NCBI GenBank assembly: GCA_043813875.1
Contig: JBDRKP010000080.1
Coordinates: 1-43,370, forward strand
Length of the DNA stretch: 43,370 bases
Direction of reading: 5' to 3'
Origin: an archaeon
GTDB taxonomy: Archaea; EX4484-52; B79-G9
A program made the position numbers and the translations under genes. This document shows, piece after piece, positions 10,402-20,656 of the stretch; the first letter of the stretch is position 1; the number at the start of each line of letters is the position of its first letter. Below the pieces are notes generated by a model, which worked only from the letters and a program-made list of their open reading frames with translations, was not told where the DNA came from and ran no database searches.

Positions 10402-10974
10402 CTAGCGCTCCGACAAAAATCTGAATATTACCGCAACACTCCTGTCCTCTTTCACTTCCTTATCAAGACACATCTTCCTGACCTCATCAAACGTCTTCCA
10501 TTCAGGATGGATGACCTCTCCGTCCTCTGGCTGAGAGCCGGATTTGCTCTCACAGAAATCATCAACGACAAAATAGAAGAGATCCCACACGACAGTAGCG
10601 CCGGATGCCGTAGTATGGATATGCTCAACCCTTTTTGCAATCAGGCCGGTCTCCTCAAGGCACTCTTTTTTAGCAGCATCACGCGCATATCCCATGACAT
10701 CAACGCCCGCATCAAGCGCCCTCTTGTATTCAGCGAGACTGTCAAACACCTTCCCGCCAGGCAGCCGAAAATCAAACCCACGAAGCTCGCTGCGATATTC
10801 CCTGACAAGAAGCATCTTACTCTCCTTCACGATAAGCAACCTGACACCAGGCGAGCGCCGCACAATCTCAAACTCCACCATCTTCCCGCCGACATTCATA
10901 GGTTGTCGGACAACCTCAAAAATCCTGCCCGAATATACTACTTTCTCATCCCCTGCTGGCTTTGGCGCATCCAT
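10402..10974 (-). CDS. NUDIX hydrolase
   Basis: LPGGK...AAKKECLEETG Nudix box with an insertion; start taken at MDAPK. Confidence 0.85.
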   Translation of the reverse strand: MDAPKPAGDEKVVYSGRIFEVVRQPMNVGGKMVEFEIVRRSPGVRLLIVKESKMLLVREYRSELRGFDFRLPGGKVFDSLAEYKRALDAGVDVMGYARDAAKKECLEETGLIAKRVEHIHTTASGATVVWDLFYFVVDDFCESKSGSQPEDGEVIHPEWKTFDEVRKMCLDKEVKEDRSVAVIFRFLSER

Positions 10975-11105
10975 AAAAAAACCTCGAACAGATTTCAATA
11001 ATCAAAAACAAAAACTACCGCACATAATCTTAGAGAACAACATTTTAAATTCTAACGAATAAACACAACATCAGAGCTAAAAAAAAGGAAGATACAGATA
11101 TACAA

Positions 11106-11396
11106 TTACATAAGCCACGATGAAGGATTATTATCATTATATGATTTCAGAACTTCTGAAGCCTGTGATGTAAGAACATAACCACTGTCTGTCTTCTCAA
11201 GAAAGTTACACTTGAATAAATCAGCAACATACTCTCTACAGCTTTCAACATCAATAATAAGATTATTCCGTATCAGATCTTTATTATCCTTATTAATTCC
11301 CCCATAAAAATCCACAATATTCAAGAACCCAAAGACTTCTTTTACAGGCAAATCACCAGAATACATCTCTTTTTGAACTAAAACTGTTTCACTCAT
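11106..11396 (-). CDS. Hypothetical protein, possible winged-helix fold
   Basis: ORF from MSETV; C-terminal YVADLFKCNFLEKTDSGYVLTSQASEVL resembles a wHTH helix-plus-wing. Confidence 0.5.
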   Translation of the reverse strand: MSETVLVQKEMYSGDLPVKEVFGFLNIVDFYGGINKDNKDLIRNNLIIDVESCREYVADLFKCNFLEKTDSGYVLTSQASEVLKSYNDNNPSSWLM

Positions 11397-11484
11397 ACAA
11401 AACACCTTCTTCCATTCCATTATTCTTATCCATACTAAAATAAAAAACAAAATCGAAGTCAATAAGACTATCACAACGTTATGA

Positions 11485-11498
11485 AGATTTATAAATCT
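11485..11498. promoter_or_regulatory. Palindromic TATA element AGATTTATAAATCT in a divergent intergenic region
   Basis: Perfect 14-bp palindrome, further flanked by ACGTTA...TAACGT, between the orphan ORF and ilvE. Confidence 0.5.
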
Positions 11499-11579
11499 AA
11501 CGTCACCCAGAGAAACTGCAATAATCAGGAAAGAAATCTATAAAAACCTAACACACAAAAAATAAGAGAGTGATTACTC

Positions 11580-12494
11580 ATGGCAGACATAAGATCAGAC
11601 AAGATATGGCTTAACGGGAAACTGATAGACTGGGACAAGGCAAACATCCACATCATGACCCACGCCCTCCACTACGGATCATCCGTGTTTGAAGGCGTAA
11701 GATGCTACGAGACAAAGAGAGGCTCCGCGGTATTCCGCTTAAAAGAGCACACAAGGCGCCTCTTCGACTCAGCAAAGATTTACCGCATGAAAATCCCCTA
11801 CACAGAAGACGACATAAACAGCGCCATAAAAGAGACAATAAAGGCGAACAACCTGAAATCATGCTACATCCGCCCGATAATATACAAAAGCACAGGCGGC
11901 ATAGGCCTGAACCCGCTGGGAATAAAGACAGACGCAGCGATAGCAGTCTGGTCATGGGGCGCATACTTAGGCGCTGACGCCCTCGAAAACGGCATAGACG
12001 TCAAAGTGTCCACATGGACGAGGATTGCCGCAAACACCCACCCCGGCCTTTCAAAAGCAGGCGGCAACTACATGAACTCCCAGCTGGCCAAGATGGAAGC
12101 GATAGAAGACGGCTACGCAGAAGCCATATTGCTGAACACTGCCGGCTTCGTAGCAGAAGGCTCAGGAGAGAACATATTCCTCATAAGAGACAATACAATA
12201 CACACGCCAAAAATAAGCGACGGGATACTTCCCGGCATCACAAGAGACTCCATAATAAAAATCGCAGCCGAACTGGGCTACACAGTAAAAGAGACAACAA
12301 TCCCGCGCGAGATGCTCTACATCGCAGACGAGCTGTTCTTCACAGGAACAGCAGCAGAGATGACGCCCATAAGGTCCGTAGACAAGATAACTATCGGTAA
12401 CGGCAAGCGCGGCCCGGTAACAGGAAAGATACAGAAAAGATTCTTCCAAACCTTGAAAGACGGCAAAAGGACAGAATGGTTCGACTTCGTATAG
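11580..12494 (+). CDS. ilvE: Branched-chain amino acid aminotransferase
   Basis: [36 protein letters not shown] and GTAAE motifs. Confidence 0.97.
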   Translation: MADIRSDKIWLNGKLIDWDKANIHIMTHALHYGSSVFEGVRCYETKRGSAVFRLKEHTRRLFDSAKIYRMKIPYTEDDINSAIKETIKANNLKSCYIRPIIYKSTGGIGLNPLGIKTDAAIAVWSWGAYLGADALENGIDVKVSTWTRIAANTHPGLSKAGGNYMNSQLAKMEAIEDGYAEAILLNTAGFVAEGSGENIFLIRDNTIHTPKISDGILPGITRDSIIKIAAELGYTVKETTIPREMLYIADELFFTGTAAEMTPIRSVDKITIGNGKRGPVTGKIQKRFFQTLKDGKRTEWFDFV

Positions 12495-12579
12495 GACAAC
12501 AGCATCATCTTATTACTTCTTCTCATTCAGACTAAAAGATATTAAAAGATACCAATGGTATTTGTTACTGCTGATTGGA

Positions 12580-13998
12580 ATGAAGAAAAAAGAAAAAAAA
12601 AGCGTCTGTATCGTATTCCCGCGCTACATACTCCACAATTACGGACCACCTCTCGGCGCCCTCTACATATGCTCTGTCCTGAAAGAGAAAGGATATCACG
12701 TCACATTCATAGACGGCACCGTGACCTCGTACGAAAAGACAATAGAACAGCTGAAGCAAAATAAACCCGATATCCTCAACCTCTCAATCCAGACAGTGTT
12801 CGCCGATTTCGCATTCCAGCTAGCAAAAGACTACAGGAAAATAAACCGTAACGCAATAATCATCGCAGGCGGCCCCCACGCATCCATCCTCCCGAAACAG
12901 ACACTAGCCGAAAAAGGTATCGACTTTGTGGTAGTCGGCGAAGGCGAAGAGACATTACCTGATCTTCTCTCAAACATCAAAGACCCTAAAAAAGTAAAAG
13001 GCATCGGCTTCAGGAAAAACAACAAACACTTCTTCACCGAATCAAGAGAGCCGATAAAAGATCTGGACAAAATACCATTCCCTGCCCGAGACATGCTGCA
13101 TGATAACTACTTCAGGACTGGCTCGACATCAATCATCACAAGCAGGGGCTGCCCATTCAACTGCGCCTTCTGCCAGCCCACCCTAAGAAAGATATTCGGC
13201 CCGAAATTCAGGATGCGCACAGTAAAGAAAGTCATCGATGAGATAAAAGACATCAAAAAAACCTTCATGAAAAAAAACAGAGAATTAAAGAGCCTGCACT
13301 TCACAGACGACGGCCTGACATACAACCACAAATGGCTGAAAAACCTAGGTCAGGAGATAATAAAGCAAAAACTCGACATCACATGGACCGCAAACACCCG
13401 CGCAGACACGATGCCCGAGATAGGGCTGCTAAGGCTGCTTAAAAAGTCAGGCCTGACCAAATTCTCAATCGGTGTCGAATCAGGAGACCCCTACATCAGG
13501 AACGAGATCCTCAAGAAAAATGTGAGCCAGGAAAAACTGATCAAAGCATTCGATTTATGCCACGAGGCAGGCATAAAGACCCACGCCTATCTGATGGTCG
13601 GGAGCCCTGAAGAGACGCATGAATCCATCCTTGCGACAGTGAAGCTGCTCGACCGCATAAGGCCCGACGACACGCAGGTCACAATCACCTCCCCTTTGCC
13701 CGAGACATACCTGTACTACCATGCAAAGGAAAAAGACATCATGAAAGTGAAAAGATGGTCTGATTTCGCTTATTACGAAGAAAGCCACCTCGAACTGAAG
13801 AACTTCACGAAGGACGACATCAAGAAGCTCCAGAAAGCGATACACTATACTATCTTTCTTCACAGGAACATGAAAAAAAGAGGGATAGACACGAGATACA
13901 GTTCACTGTTCTCCATCCTGAAAAACCCCATCGTCAACACATCCCTGCGCGGCCTCGACAAAGCAAGACTCCACGCAAAAAAAGCGCTCAGAAGATAG
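12580..13998 (+). CDS. B12-binding domain radical SAM protein
   Basis: PPLG, GGPHAS and GEGE B12-domain motifs; SRGCPFNCAFC cluster motif; GVESG. Confidence 0.9.
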   Translation: MKKKEKKSVCIVFPRYILHNYGPPLGALYICSVLKEKGYHVTFIDGTVTSYEKTIEQLKQNKPDILNLSIQTVFADFAFQLAKDYRKINRNAIIIAGGPHASILPKQTLAEKGIDFVVVGEGEETLPDLLSNIKDPKKVKGIGFRKNNKHFFTESREPIKDLDKIPFPARDMLHDNYFRTGSTSIITSRGCPFNCAFCQPTLRKIFGPKFRMRTVKKVIDEIKDIKKTFMKKNRELKSLHFTDDGLTYNHKWLKNLGQEIIKQKLDITWTANTRADTMPEIGLLRLLKKSGLTKFSIGVESGDPYIRNEILKKNVSQEKLIKAFDLCHEAGIKTHAYLMVGSPEETHESILATVKLLDRIRPDDTQVTITSPLPETYLYYHAKEKDIMKVKRWSDFAYYEESHLELKNFTKDDIKKLQKAIHYTIFLHRNMKKRGIDTRYSSLFSILKNPIVNTSLRGLDKARLHAKKALRR

Positions 13999-14006
13999 AA
14001 CCTCAT

Positions 14007-15731
14007 CTACCAGTGCCGGAACAGATACTGCTTTGTCTCCTCATAGCCGTTCTTCCTTTTCTGTTCCTTTTCCCTGAACTTGCCTATATCATTCATCTTC
14101 TTTGCCACAAGCTTGTTGATATCCGTCGCATAATCATCAAGCAGGACAGACACATGCTGCTCATTGAGGTAGTTTTGATAAAGGACATAATCCGCATCAT
14201 GTTCATATAACTCCATTGCATCCTTCAGCGTTTTTGCCGCGACAATGGTCACAAGATCGCGATTATCCTTCTTCATGTTCCGTATGATCATCTTATTGAT
14301 ATCAGCATCCAAAAGACATGATATGACAAGTTCAGTATTCAGAAAAACCGTATTCCCGAAAAAATCAGGGCTGCTGACAGAATTGTACATATAAGGGATG
14401 CCCTCCTTCTTCAGGATATTGATGCTTTCAGGATCATTCTCAACCACCATCACACTCTTATTCATCGACTTCATCTTCGACAATAATTGGGAGTCAATAT
14501 CATGATATCCGAAAAAAAGCACATGGCAGTCCACATCCTTGTGTTCGACATCCTTTTTCACAAGAACCGCCCGGTCAAACCTGTAAAGATAGCCTTCCAG
14601 ATACCTGTATATCTGCCGGTCATACTTGATGAAATACGAAGACAATATCATCGTCGCGATGACAAGCATTATGCCAAGCCCGCTCATCTGTGCAGGTATT
14701 ACGCCGCCAAAAACGCCGGCAGCAATGATAATGATTCCGAATTCGCTAAGCTGCCCAAGATATATCCCTGCCGTAAAAGACGTCTTTATGTCATATCCCT
14801 TCATCCGGAGCGTGATATAAGTGATGACCGGTTTGATGAAGAGAGAGAGCGGCACTAAAAGCAGTATGAAAAACAGATGGCTCATACTGAATCCGAATTT
14901 CAGCTGGAACCCGAGCCCCACAAAAAACAGCATATTGAAAAAATTGATCAGCGGCCTTAGCCTGCTTGAAATCTCATGCTTGTAGATTGTGTTCGCAAGC
15001 GTTATGCCCCCCACGAAAGCGCCGATAGTCGCCGAATACCCGAGAAGGAGAGCGATCTCCACAAACAGGAAACATACGCCAAGGCTGGAGACGAACAGAA
15101 GCTCAGGATACCTGCTTGCGAACTTGAGCGGGATGTTGAGCCCATACTTCGCAAGAACAAACCCTATGAAAAGCAGTGTTATCCCCTCGATAGGCGCAAG
15201 CGCGATCTTAAAAAGCGACCTCTCCTGCAATACCCCGATAAAACTGAGGGCAAGGATCGCAATCACATCCTGTATTATAAGCGTGCCCAGTATGATCTTG
15301 CCATGAAGCGTAGTCGTCTCCTTTTTATCCTCAAGCCATTTGGCGACAAGCAAAGTGCTCCCGAACATGAACAGCGTTGAAAGATATATCCTCTCCATCA
15401 TGGCAAACCCGGAAAACGATGCGACACTGAACGCCAGAAGGAAAAAAAGCAGAGACTGCACAGCAGACGTTATGAGTATATCTTTCCCGAGATATTTGAG
15501 GCTCTTGAGGTCAAACTCAAGCCCCATGAGGAACAACAGGAACGTGATGCCAAGCTCCGAAAGTATAATCACCTGCTCGCCATCGAAATTATCTCCTGCA
15601 AGGTAAAGCGAAAAGATCAGTCCCGAAAGCACATATCCGACAATGATAGGCTGCCTTGCCATCTTCACGACGAAACATATAGCGACGACTACAAGAAACA
15701 AAAATCCGAAATCCTGTATGAAATTCTGCAT
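14007..15731 (-). CDS. CPA2 cation:proton antiporter (Kef-like) with C-terminal TrkA-N/RCK domain
   Basis: RQPIIVGY, ELGITFLLFLMGLE, LIIQD and QLSEF motifs; soluble C-terminal domain. Start at MQNF after a GGGGGATGG RBS-like sequence. Confidence 0.88.
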   Translation of the reverse strand: MQNFIQDFGFLFLVVVAICFVVKMARQPIIVGYVLSGLIFSLYLAGDNFDGEQVIILSELGITFLLFLMGLEFDLKSLKYLGKDILITSAVQSLLFFLLAFSVASFSGFAMMERIYLSTLFMFGSTLLVAKWLEDKKETTTLHGKIILGTLIIQDVIAILALSFIGVLQERSLFKIALAPIEGITLLFIGFVLAKYGLNIPLKFASRYPELLFVSSLGVCFLFVEIALLLGYSATIGAFVGGITLANTIYKHEISSRLRPLINFFNMLFFVGLGFQLKFGFSMSHLFFILLLVPLSLFIKPVITYITLRMKGYDIKTSFTAGIYLGQLSEFGIIIIAAGVFGGVIPAQMSGLGIMLVIATMILSSYFIKYDRQIYRYLEGYLYRFDRAVLVKKDVEHKDVDCHVLFFGYHDIDSQLLSKMKSMNKSVMVVENDPESINILKKEGIPYMYNSVSSPDFFGNTVFLNTELVISCLLDADINKMIIRNMKKDNRDLVTIVAAKTLKDAMELYEHDADYVLYQNYLNEQHVSVLLDDYATDINKLVAKKMNDIGKFREKEQKRKNGYEETKQYLFRHW

Positions 15732-15893
15732 ATGCAACCATCCCCCTTCAAAAAAAGGTCGCAAGCCACAAATATCTGTAGCCCTGTATATATAGCACGT
15801 GTATTTAAATATTTGATTATTGCCGTTTTGACACAAAAATTAGGGCAAAATGACAAAAAAAATAGAAAGATAAAATACTAAAAAAACAACACA

Positions 15894-16445
15894 TCAAAGC
15901 CCTATCTCACCGGCGATTTCCTTCATCGCTTTGACCGATATCCCGACGAACGCGTCATAAGGGATCCCCGCAGTCTCGCACTCCATGATCATCTCTCGTT
16001 TCGAGCCTGCCGCAAAGCCCTTCTTCTTGAAAGCCTTCTTCACAGTATCATCCGTCACATTGGATATCTTCTTCTCCTTGACCATCGCGCACGCGATAAT
16101 CAGCCCAGTCATCGAATCAGCCGCGACAAGAATATGTTCCATCCTGCTTTGTCTTGCCGGCGCATCCGGATTCATGTAATTATGCGACATGATGGCATGC
16201 AATACCTCATCCGGCGCTTTCCCGCGAAGAATATCTTGCGCAACAACCCCATGCTCCACCGGATTATCCTTAGTCAACTCATAATCAACATCATGCAGAA
16301 GCCCTGTGAGCGCCCACAACTCTTCATCCTCCTTGAGATAGCGCGCAGCCGCCTTCATGATAGCCTCTGTAGAAATCATGTGGTTGATAAGGAAATCACC
16401 CTTAACACGCTCTTTGACCAGCTTTTCAGCTTCTGCCCGATTCAT
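15894..16445 (-). CDS. HDIG/HD-domain metal-dependent phosphohydrolase
   Basis: H...GLLHDVD, HG, SH, AADSMTGLI and FAAG motifs. Confidence 0.88.
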   Translation of the reverse strand: MNRAEAEKLVKERVKGDFLINHMISTEAIMKAAARYLKEDEELWALTGLLHDVDYELTKDNPVEHGVVAQDILRGKAPDEVLHAIMSHNYMNPDAPARQSRMEHILVAADSMTGLIIACAMVKEKKISNVTDDTVKKAFKKKGFAAGSKREMIMECETAGIPYDAFVGISVKAMKEIAGEIGL

Positions 16446-16521
16446 AAAATCACATCCATATCATTTTTCTATAACTATAGAACACAATAATATTAATACC
16501 CTAACCCATCCATGACAGGTA

Positions 16522-17157
16522 TCAGACCCCGAACTCCCTGTCAATTACCTTGATCTCAGCCTTCCTGAGATGCTCAAGCACAGTCGCCTTGCTCAGCCCG
16601 AGCCTTCGAGCAAGCTCCTTTGCAGAAATCCCGCGCGGCCACCGGTAATATCCAAGCGCCACCGCCGACTTCAAGACCATCTCCTGTTGAGAAGACATGT
16701 TGAACCCGTCAAACGTAGACCTCTTCACATAAAGCAGCTCAAAATCCCCGAACTCCTTTATCTCATCCAGAGCATTCCTGATGAACCCTTTTTCCGGCGC
16801 AGCGATAGTCCATATCTCCCACCCGTCCACAAGCGGCACTTTTTTAGGCACAAAGCACTTGTTCTGAAGGACAGTATGCACAACAGAACATATCTTGGAA
16901 GTGTCCGTAAACACCTGCAAAAAAAGCTTCTTGTCTGTCTCCTCGAGCACATCGAACCGGACAACAATATCATTAACCTTGAAATATTTCTTGATATGGC
17001 GCGCCTCATCAGGACAAGAAAGCGCAACCTCGACCACATCCTGCACGAAATCAGGCGTAAGGCTACAAGTGATATGCGTGACAAAAAGAGACTTAAAGCG
17101 CGCAAGCCCCCCTGTCCAGCACCCGCGATGCCGAAGACGAAACTTCCCCTCAAACAT
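16522..17157 (-). CDS. Archaeal transcriptional regulator, bacterio-opsin activator (HTH_10)-type
   Basis: N-terminal HRGCW; C-terminal QEMVLKSAVALGYYRWPR...ELARRLGLSKATVLEHLRKAE. Confidence 0.85.
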   Translation of the reverse strand: MFEGKFRLRHRGCWTGGLARFKSLFVTHITCSLTPDFVQDVVEVALSCPDEARHIKKYFKVNDIVVRFDVLEETDKKLFLQVFTDTSKICSVVHTVLQNKCFVPKKVPLVDGWEIWTIAAPEKGFIRNALDEIKEFGDFELLYVKRSTFDGFNMSSQQEMVLKSAVALGYYRWPRGISAKELARRLGLSKATVLEHLRKAEIKVIDREFGV

Positions 17158-17269
17158 AATAGATATTGCGCATCAAAATATAAAAAAGAAGAAAAATATG
17201 CCTGTGCACCAAAAAAACAGATATTTAAATTCTCCCACCCATAGATACAAAATAGATAGAGTGATTTAC

Positions 17270-17413
17270 ATGGCAAAGCCGATAAGAGCGACACCGAGAT
17301 TGAGGGGCAAAGAAGCAGACGAGTTCCTAAAGAAAATGCATGAAAAAGAGAACTCCCCGATAACAGAGAAGACTATCGAATTAGCGAAACGGCTCGAAAA
17401 GTTCAAGTTTTGA
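17270..17413 (+). CDS. Small 47-aa protein, putative antitoxin of a GNAT toxin
   Basis: MAKPIRATPRLRGKEADEFLKKM...; TATA-like ATTTAAAT at about 17223 and GAGTGA RBS. Resembles small ORFs I associate with archaeal GNAT genes. Confidence 0.6.
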   Translation: MAKPIRATPRLRGKEADEFLKKMHEKENSPITEKTIELAKRLEKFKF

Positions 17414-17705
17414 CGACAGTATTTATTTTCTTGCCGTCACGCCGATATATCAGCAAGTCAATCATATCGCAATACATAGGTATGTTGCCTTTTTCTCTTC
17501 CCTTAAGTACTTCAAATCCCATTCTCTTATAGAAATGGACAGCATCCCTCTTCGCATCAACAATGACAAACCTGCAGCCGATGCCTATGTCCTCGTTCAT
17601 CGCGATAAGCTTTTTCATAACAAAATCAGTAGTAAGCGTACCTATCCCGCGCCGCGCATAATCCTGATGCACGCAAAGCCTGCCGACTTTCAAAGCAGGA
17701 AGCGT
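17403..17705 (-). pseudogene. 5'-truncated GNAT acetyltransferase (TacT/AtaT-like toxin C-terminal half)
   Basis: TLPALKVGRLCVHQDYARRGIGT...GCRFVIVDAK..AVHFYKRMGF; preceded by an in-frame TAG (17706-17708); N-terminal half absent. Confidence 0.75.
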
Positions 17706-17748
17706 CTATCGGCAAGCTACACACGGCGAACTAATAAAAACTGCTAAA

Positions 17749-17773
17749 GAAGACAATATAAAAGACAATATAA
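17749..17773. repeat. Short tandem duplication AAGACAATATAA at the left edge of the RM island
   Basis: gaagacaatata aaagacaatataa, read directly from the sequence. Confidence 0.6.
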
Positions 17774-17793
17774 ATAACAGACATCAAGATAAT

Positions 17794-19320
17794 ATGAGCA
17801 TACTTATGAAAATTCCACAAAAAAAAGATGATGAATCCCTTAGTCAGTACTCGGGGAACTTAGCTAGACTCTTTAATAGCTTAAACTCCAAAAACTCGAA
17901 GAAAAATAAAGGTCAATTCTTCACATCAGTAGAAATAGCCCGATACATGGCAAGTTTAGTAACCGCAAAAAAAAGTAAAATATCCGTCCTCGATCCAGGA
18001 GCCGGCATAGGAATATTATCTTTTGCAGTGATTGAGCAATTAGTCGAAAATAATAGAAATTTAGAAGAATTAAGTCTTATATTATATGAGAATGATGTCG
18101 AAGTCATTCCTTACCTTAAAAAAGCATTAGAAATAGCCAAAGATGAGTTAAAAAATAGAAAAATCAAATTTGTCTATGAAATAATAGAAAAAGATTTTAT
18201 TTCTTCAAATTCGAATGCCCTCAATAATAATTTATCTGAATATTGTGAATCCAAAAAGAATTCTTTCGACATAATTATCTCCAATCCCCCTTACTTTAAA
18301 TTAAATAAAAAGGACGTAAATGCTAAATTCAGGGATATTATATCAGGTCAACCAAATATCTATTTTTTATTCATGGCAATCTCTGCAAAACTGCTTAATG
18401 CTAACGGGGAAATGATATATATCACGCCTCGAAGCTTCTGTTCGGGATTATATTATAGTAAATTCCGAAGTTGGTTGATCGATAAAGTTAGTTTTACCCA
18501 CATCCATTTATTTGAATCCCGAAAAGATCTGTTTTCTTCTGAAAATGTTCTGCAAGAGAACATAATAACTAAGTTCACCAGAGTAAAACAAGATACAATA
18601 ACCATATCCAAAACAACAGATGGCAATTTATCTAATATTCAATCGATTCAGGTCATGAAAAAAGACGTAATATACAAAAGTAACGGGCACATCTTTTTTA
18701 GAATTCCTTCAGATGACAACGAATTAAACGTAATTAAAACCTTGGACAAGTTGCCATATAATTTCTATAAGTTAGGGATAAAGATATCTACCGGGAAAGT
18801 CGTTGCATTTAGAAATAAAGAATATTTAGATAACAATGTCGGTGAGAATTCAGTACCATTAATATGGATGCATAATATCAAGAATGGAAAAATTCAATGG
18901 CCAATAAATAAAAAAAATAAACCTCTTGCAATAAAGAAAAATGCGACTACAAAAAAATTGTTATTAGAAGCAAAAAATTACATTGTTCTCAAAAGGTTCA
19001 CAACAAAAGAACAAAAGAAAAGATTTGATATCGCTCTTATTTACCAGAAAGACTTTGAAAAATATAAGTATTTTGCCTTGGATAATATGGTTAACTACAT
19101 TCATAATCCCGGTCAGCCGCTCAATAAAAACCAGATTAAAGGGATTGCTAAATATTTAAATATGCCAATCGTAGAATTATATTTTAGAATACTAAACGGT
19201 CATACACAAGTGAACGCTAATGAGGTCTATGCATTACCATTTCCATCTTTAGCCGAATTAGAGCTATTCGGCAGTAGCATAAATTGCACGAATAATATTC
19301 CAGTTTTGATGAACCAATGA
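17794..19320 (+). CDS. Type II N6-adenine DNA methyltransferase (BsuBI/PstI, Eco57I-like)
   Basis: GQFFT, LDPGAGIG (motif I), ISNPPY (motif IV), ITPRSFCSG, STGKVVAFR and NGHTQVNA motifs. Confidence 0.92.
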   Translation: MSILMKIPQKKDDESLSQYSGNLARLFNSLNSKNSKKNKGQFFTSVEIARYMASLVTAKKSKISVLDPGAGIGILSFAVIEQLVENNRNLEELSLILYENDVEVIPYLKKALEIAKDELKNRKIKFVYEIIEKDFISSNSNALNNNLSEYCESKKNSFDIIISNPPYFKLNKKDVNAKFRDIISGQPNIYFLFMAISAKLLNANGEMIYITPRSFCSGLYYSKFRSWLIDKVSFTHIHLFESRKDLFSSENVLQENIITKFTRVKQDTITISKTTDGNLSNIQSIQVMKKDVIYKSNGHIFFRIPSDDNELNVIKTLDKLPYNFYKLGIKISTGKVVAFRNKEYLDNNVGENSVPLIWMHNIKNGKIQWPINKKNKPLAIKKNATTKKLLLEAKNYIVLKRFTTKEQKKRFDIALIYQKDFEKYKYFALDNMVNYIHNPGQPLNKNQIKGIAKYLNMPIVELYFRILNGHTQVNANEVYALPFPSLAELELFGSSINCTNNIPVLMNQ

Positions 19321-19351
19321 AAATAAAGGAAAATCCACCTAAGGTTTTAAA

Positions 19352-20284
19352 ATGAATAAAATATCAGAAGCATTAGATTTGTTAAAGCAATTGAATGTCC
19401 CAAAAAAGCAACAAAATGAGAGATCTGCTTTAGCTTTGTTAGCTTTACTTTCTCTAAAAGAAAATGACTCGTGGACGAGTGCTAAAAAGACATTAATCAG
19501 AGTCCACGACATGATGATATTTATCAAAGAAGAATATAATCGTGAATATGCAGAAAATAGCAGAGAAACTTTCAGAAGGCAAACGCTCCATCAATTCGAG
19601 AAAGAGGTAGGTATTGTTGAAAGAAACGCAGACGAACCAACAAGACCGACCAACAGTCCCAATACTACATGGTCAGTTACAGACGATACCTTGAGAATCG
19701 CCAAAAGTTATGGCACACAACGATGGAACACCAAACTGCCGAAATTTCTCAAGAAGATCAAAAGAACAATTATAAGCTATAAAGTAAAAAGAAGTAAAAA
19801 TAAGCTTTCAATTTCCTTAGATGATTCAGAAATTGTGTTCTCACCGGGAAAGCACAATGAACTTCAAATCGATATTTTGAACGATTTTAGAAAAAACTTT
19901 TGCCAAAATGCAGAGGTTTTATACGTGGGTGACACAGCCCACAAAATGCTATACTTGAATGAGCCTCTACTGAAAGAAATCAATCTTGAAATTAAAAAGC
20001 ATGATATTTTGCCAGATATTGTTCTTTTGGACAGACAAAAAGACAGACTATATCTGATTGAGGCTGTTTCATCTCATGGTCCAGTATCAAATAAAAGGTT
20101 AATAGAACTAAACAAATATTTCTCAAAATTAGAATACACGAAAATTTTTGTAAGTGCATTTCCAAGCATTACTGAATTTAAAAGACATGTTGATGACATC
20201 GCATGGGAAACAGAAGTATGGATTTCAGAAATACCCAATCATATGATCCATTTTAATGGTGATAAATTCCTCCGAATGAACTGA
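19352..20284 (+). CDS. BsuBI/PstI family type II restriction endonuclease
   Basis: QQNERSAL, YAENSRETFRRQTLHQF, PTNSP, SPGKHN, YVGDT, PD...IEAVSSHGP, IAWETEVW and HMIHFNG motifs. Confidence 0.93.
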   Translation: MNKISEALDLLKQLNVPKKQQNERSALALLALLSLKENDSWTSAKKTLIRVHDMMIFIKEEYNREYAENSRETFRRQTLHQFEKEVGIVERNADEPTRPTNSPNTTWSVTDDTLRIAKSYGTQRWNTKLPKFLKKIKRTIISYKVKRSKNKLSISLDDSEIVFSPGKHNELQIDILNDFRKNFCQNAEVLYVGDTAHKMLYLNEPLLKEINLEIKKHDILPDIVLLDRQKDRLYLIEAVSSHGPVSNKRLIELNKYFSKLEYTKIFVSAFPSITEFKRHVDDIAWETEVWISEIPNHMIHFNGDKFLRMN

Positions 20285-20390
20285 AAGTTAAATATTATGA
20301 AAAGATTACCACTCCTAAGACAAGTTAACCTTAGATATAGACACACAGGTCCAACAAAGTCTTTGCCCAATAGATGAAAAGAGGATTTAT

Positions 20391-20594
20391 ATGGAACGAA
20401 TAAATAAAGAAGAGATTTTATTTTTAGTAACAAAAGAAGATATGCAAAATGAAGCAGTGGAAAAATTCGGCAGACGCTTGACAGAAGAAGAACTAAATAT
20501 TGCTAGAGAAGGACTCGAAAATGGTCTAACATTCGATATTGGCACGGTTTACAACACAATCTTGTTCGAAATGATAGAAAATACTAAAAATTGA
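20391..20594 (+). CDS. Small acidic hypothetical protein in the RM island
   Basis: 67-aa ORF with GAGGA RBS, same AT-rich composition as the RM genes. Confidence 0.65.
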   Translation: MERINKEEILFLVTKEDMQNEAVEKFGRRLTEEELNIAREGLENGLTFDIGTVYNTILFEMIENTKN

Positions 20595-20656
20595 CGAATA
20601 TTTCACAAAATTTAATAAATAATCGGCACTATTATCACCGATAACGGCGATTGTTA

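Noticed and set aside
17708..20628. ATCGGCA at both ends of the RM island as a target-site duplication
   Set aside because: The 7-mer is common in this genome (Ile-Gly codons), and the missing GNAT half does not resume beyond the right copy.
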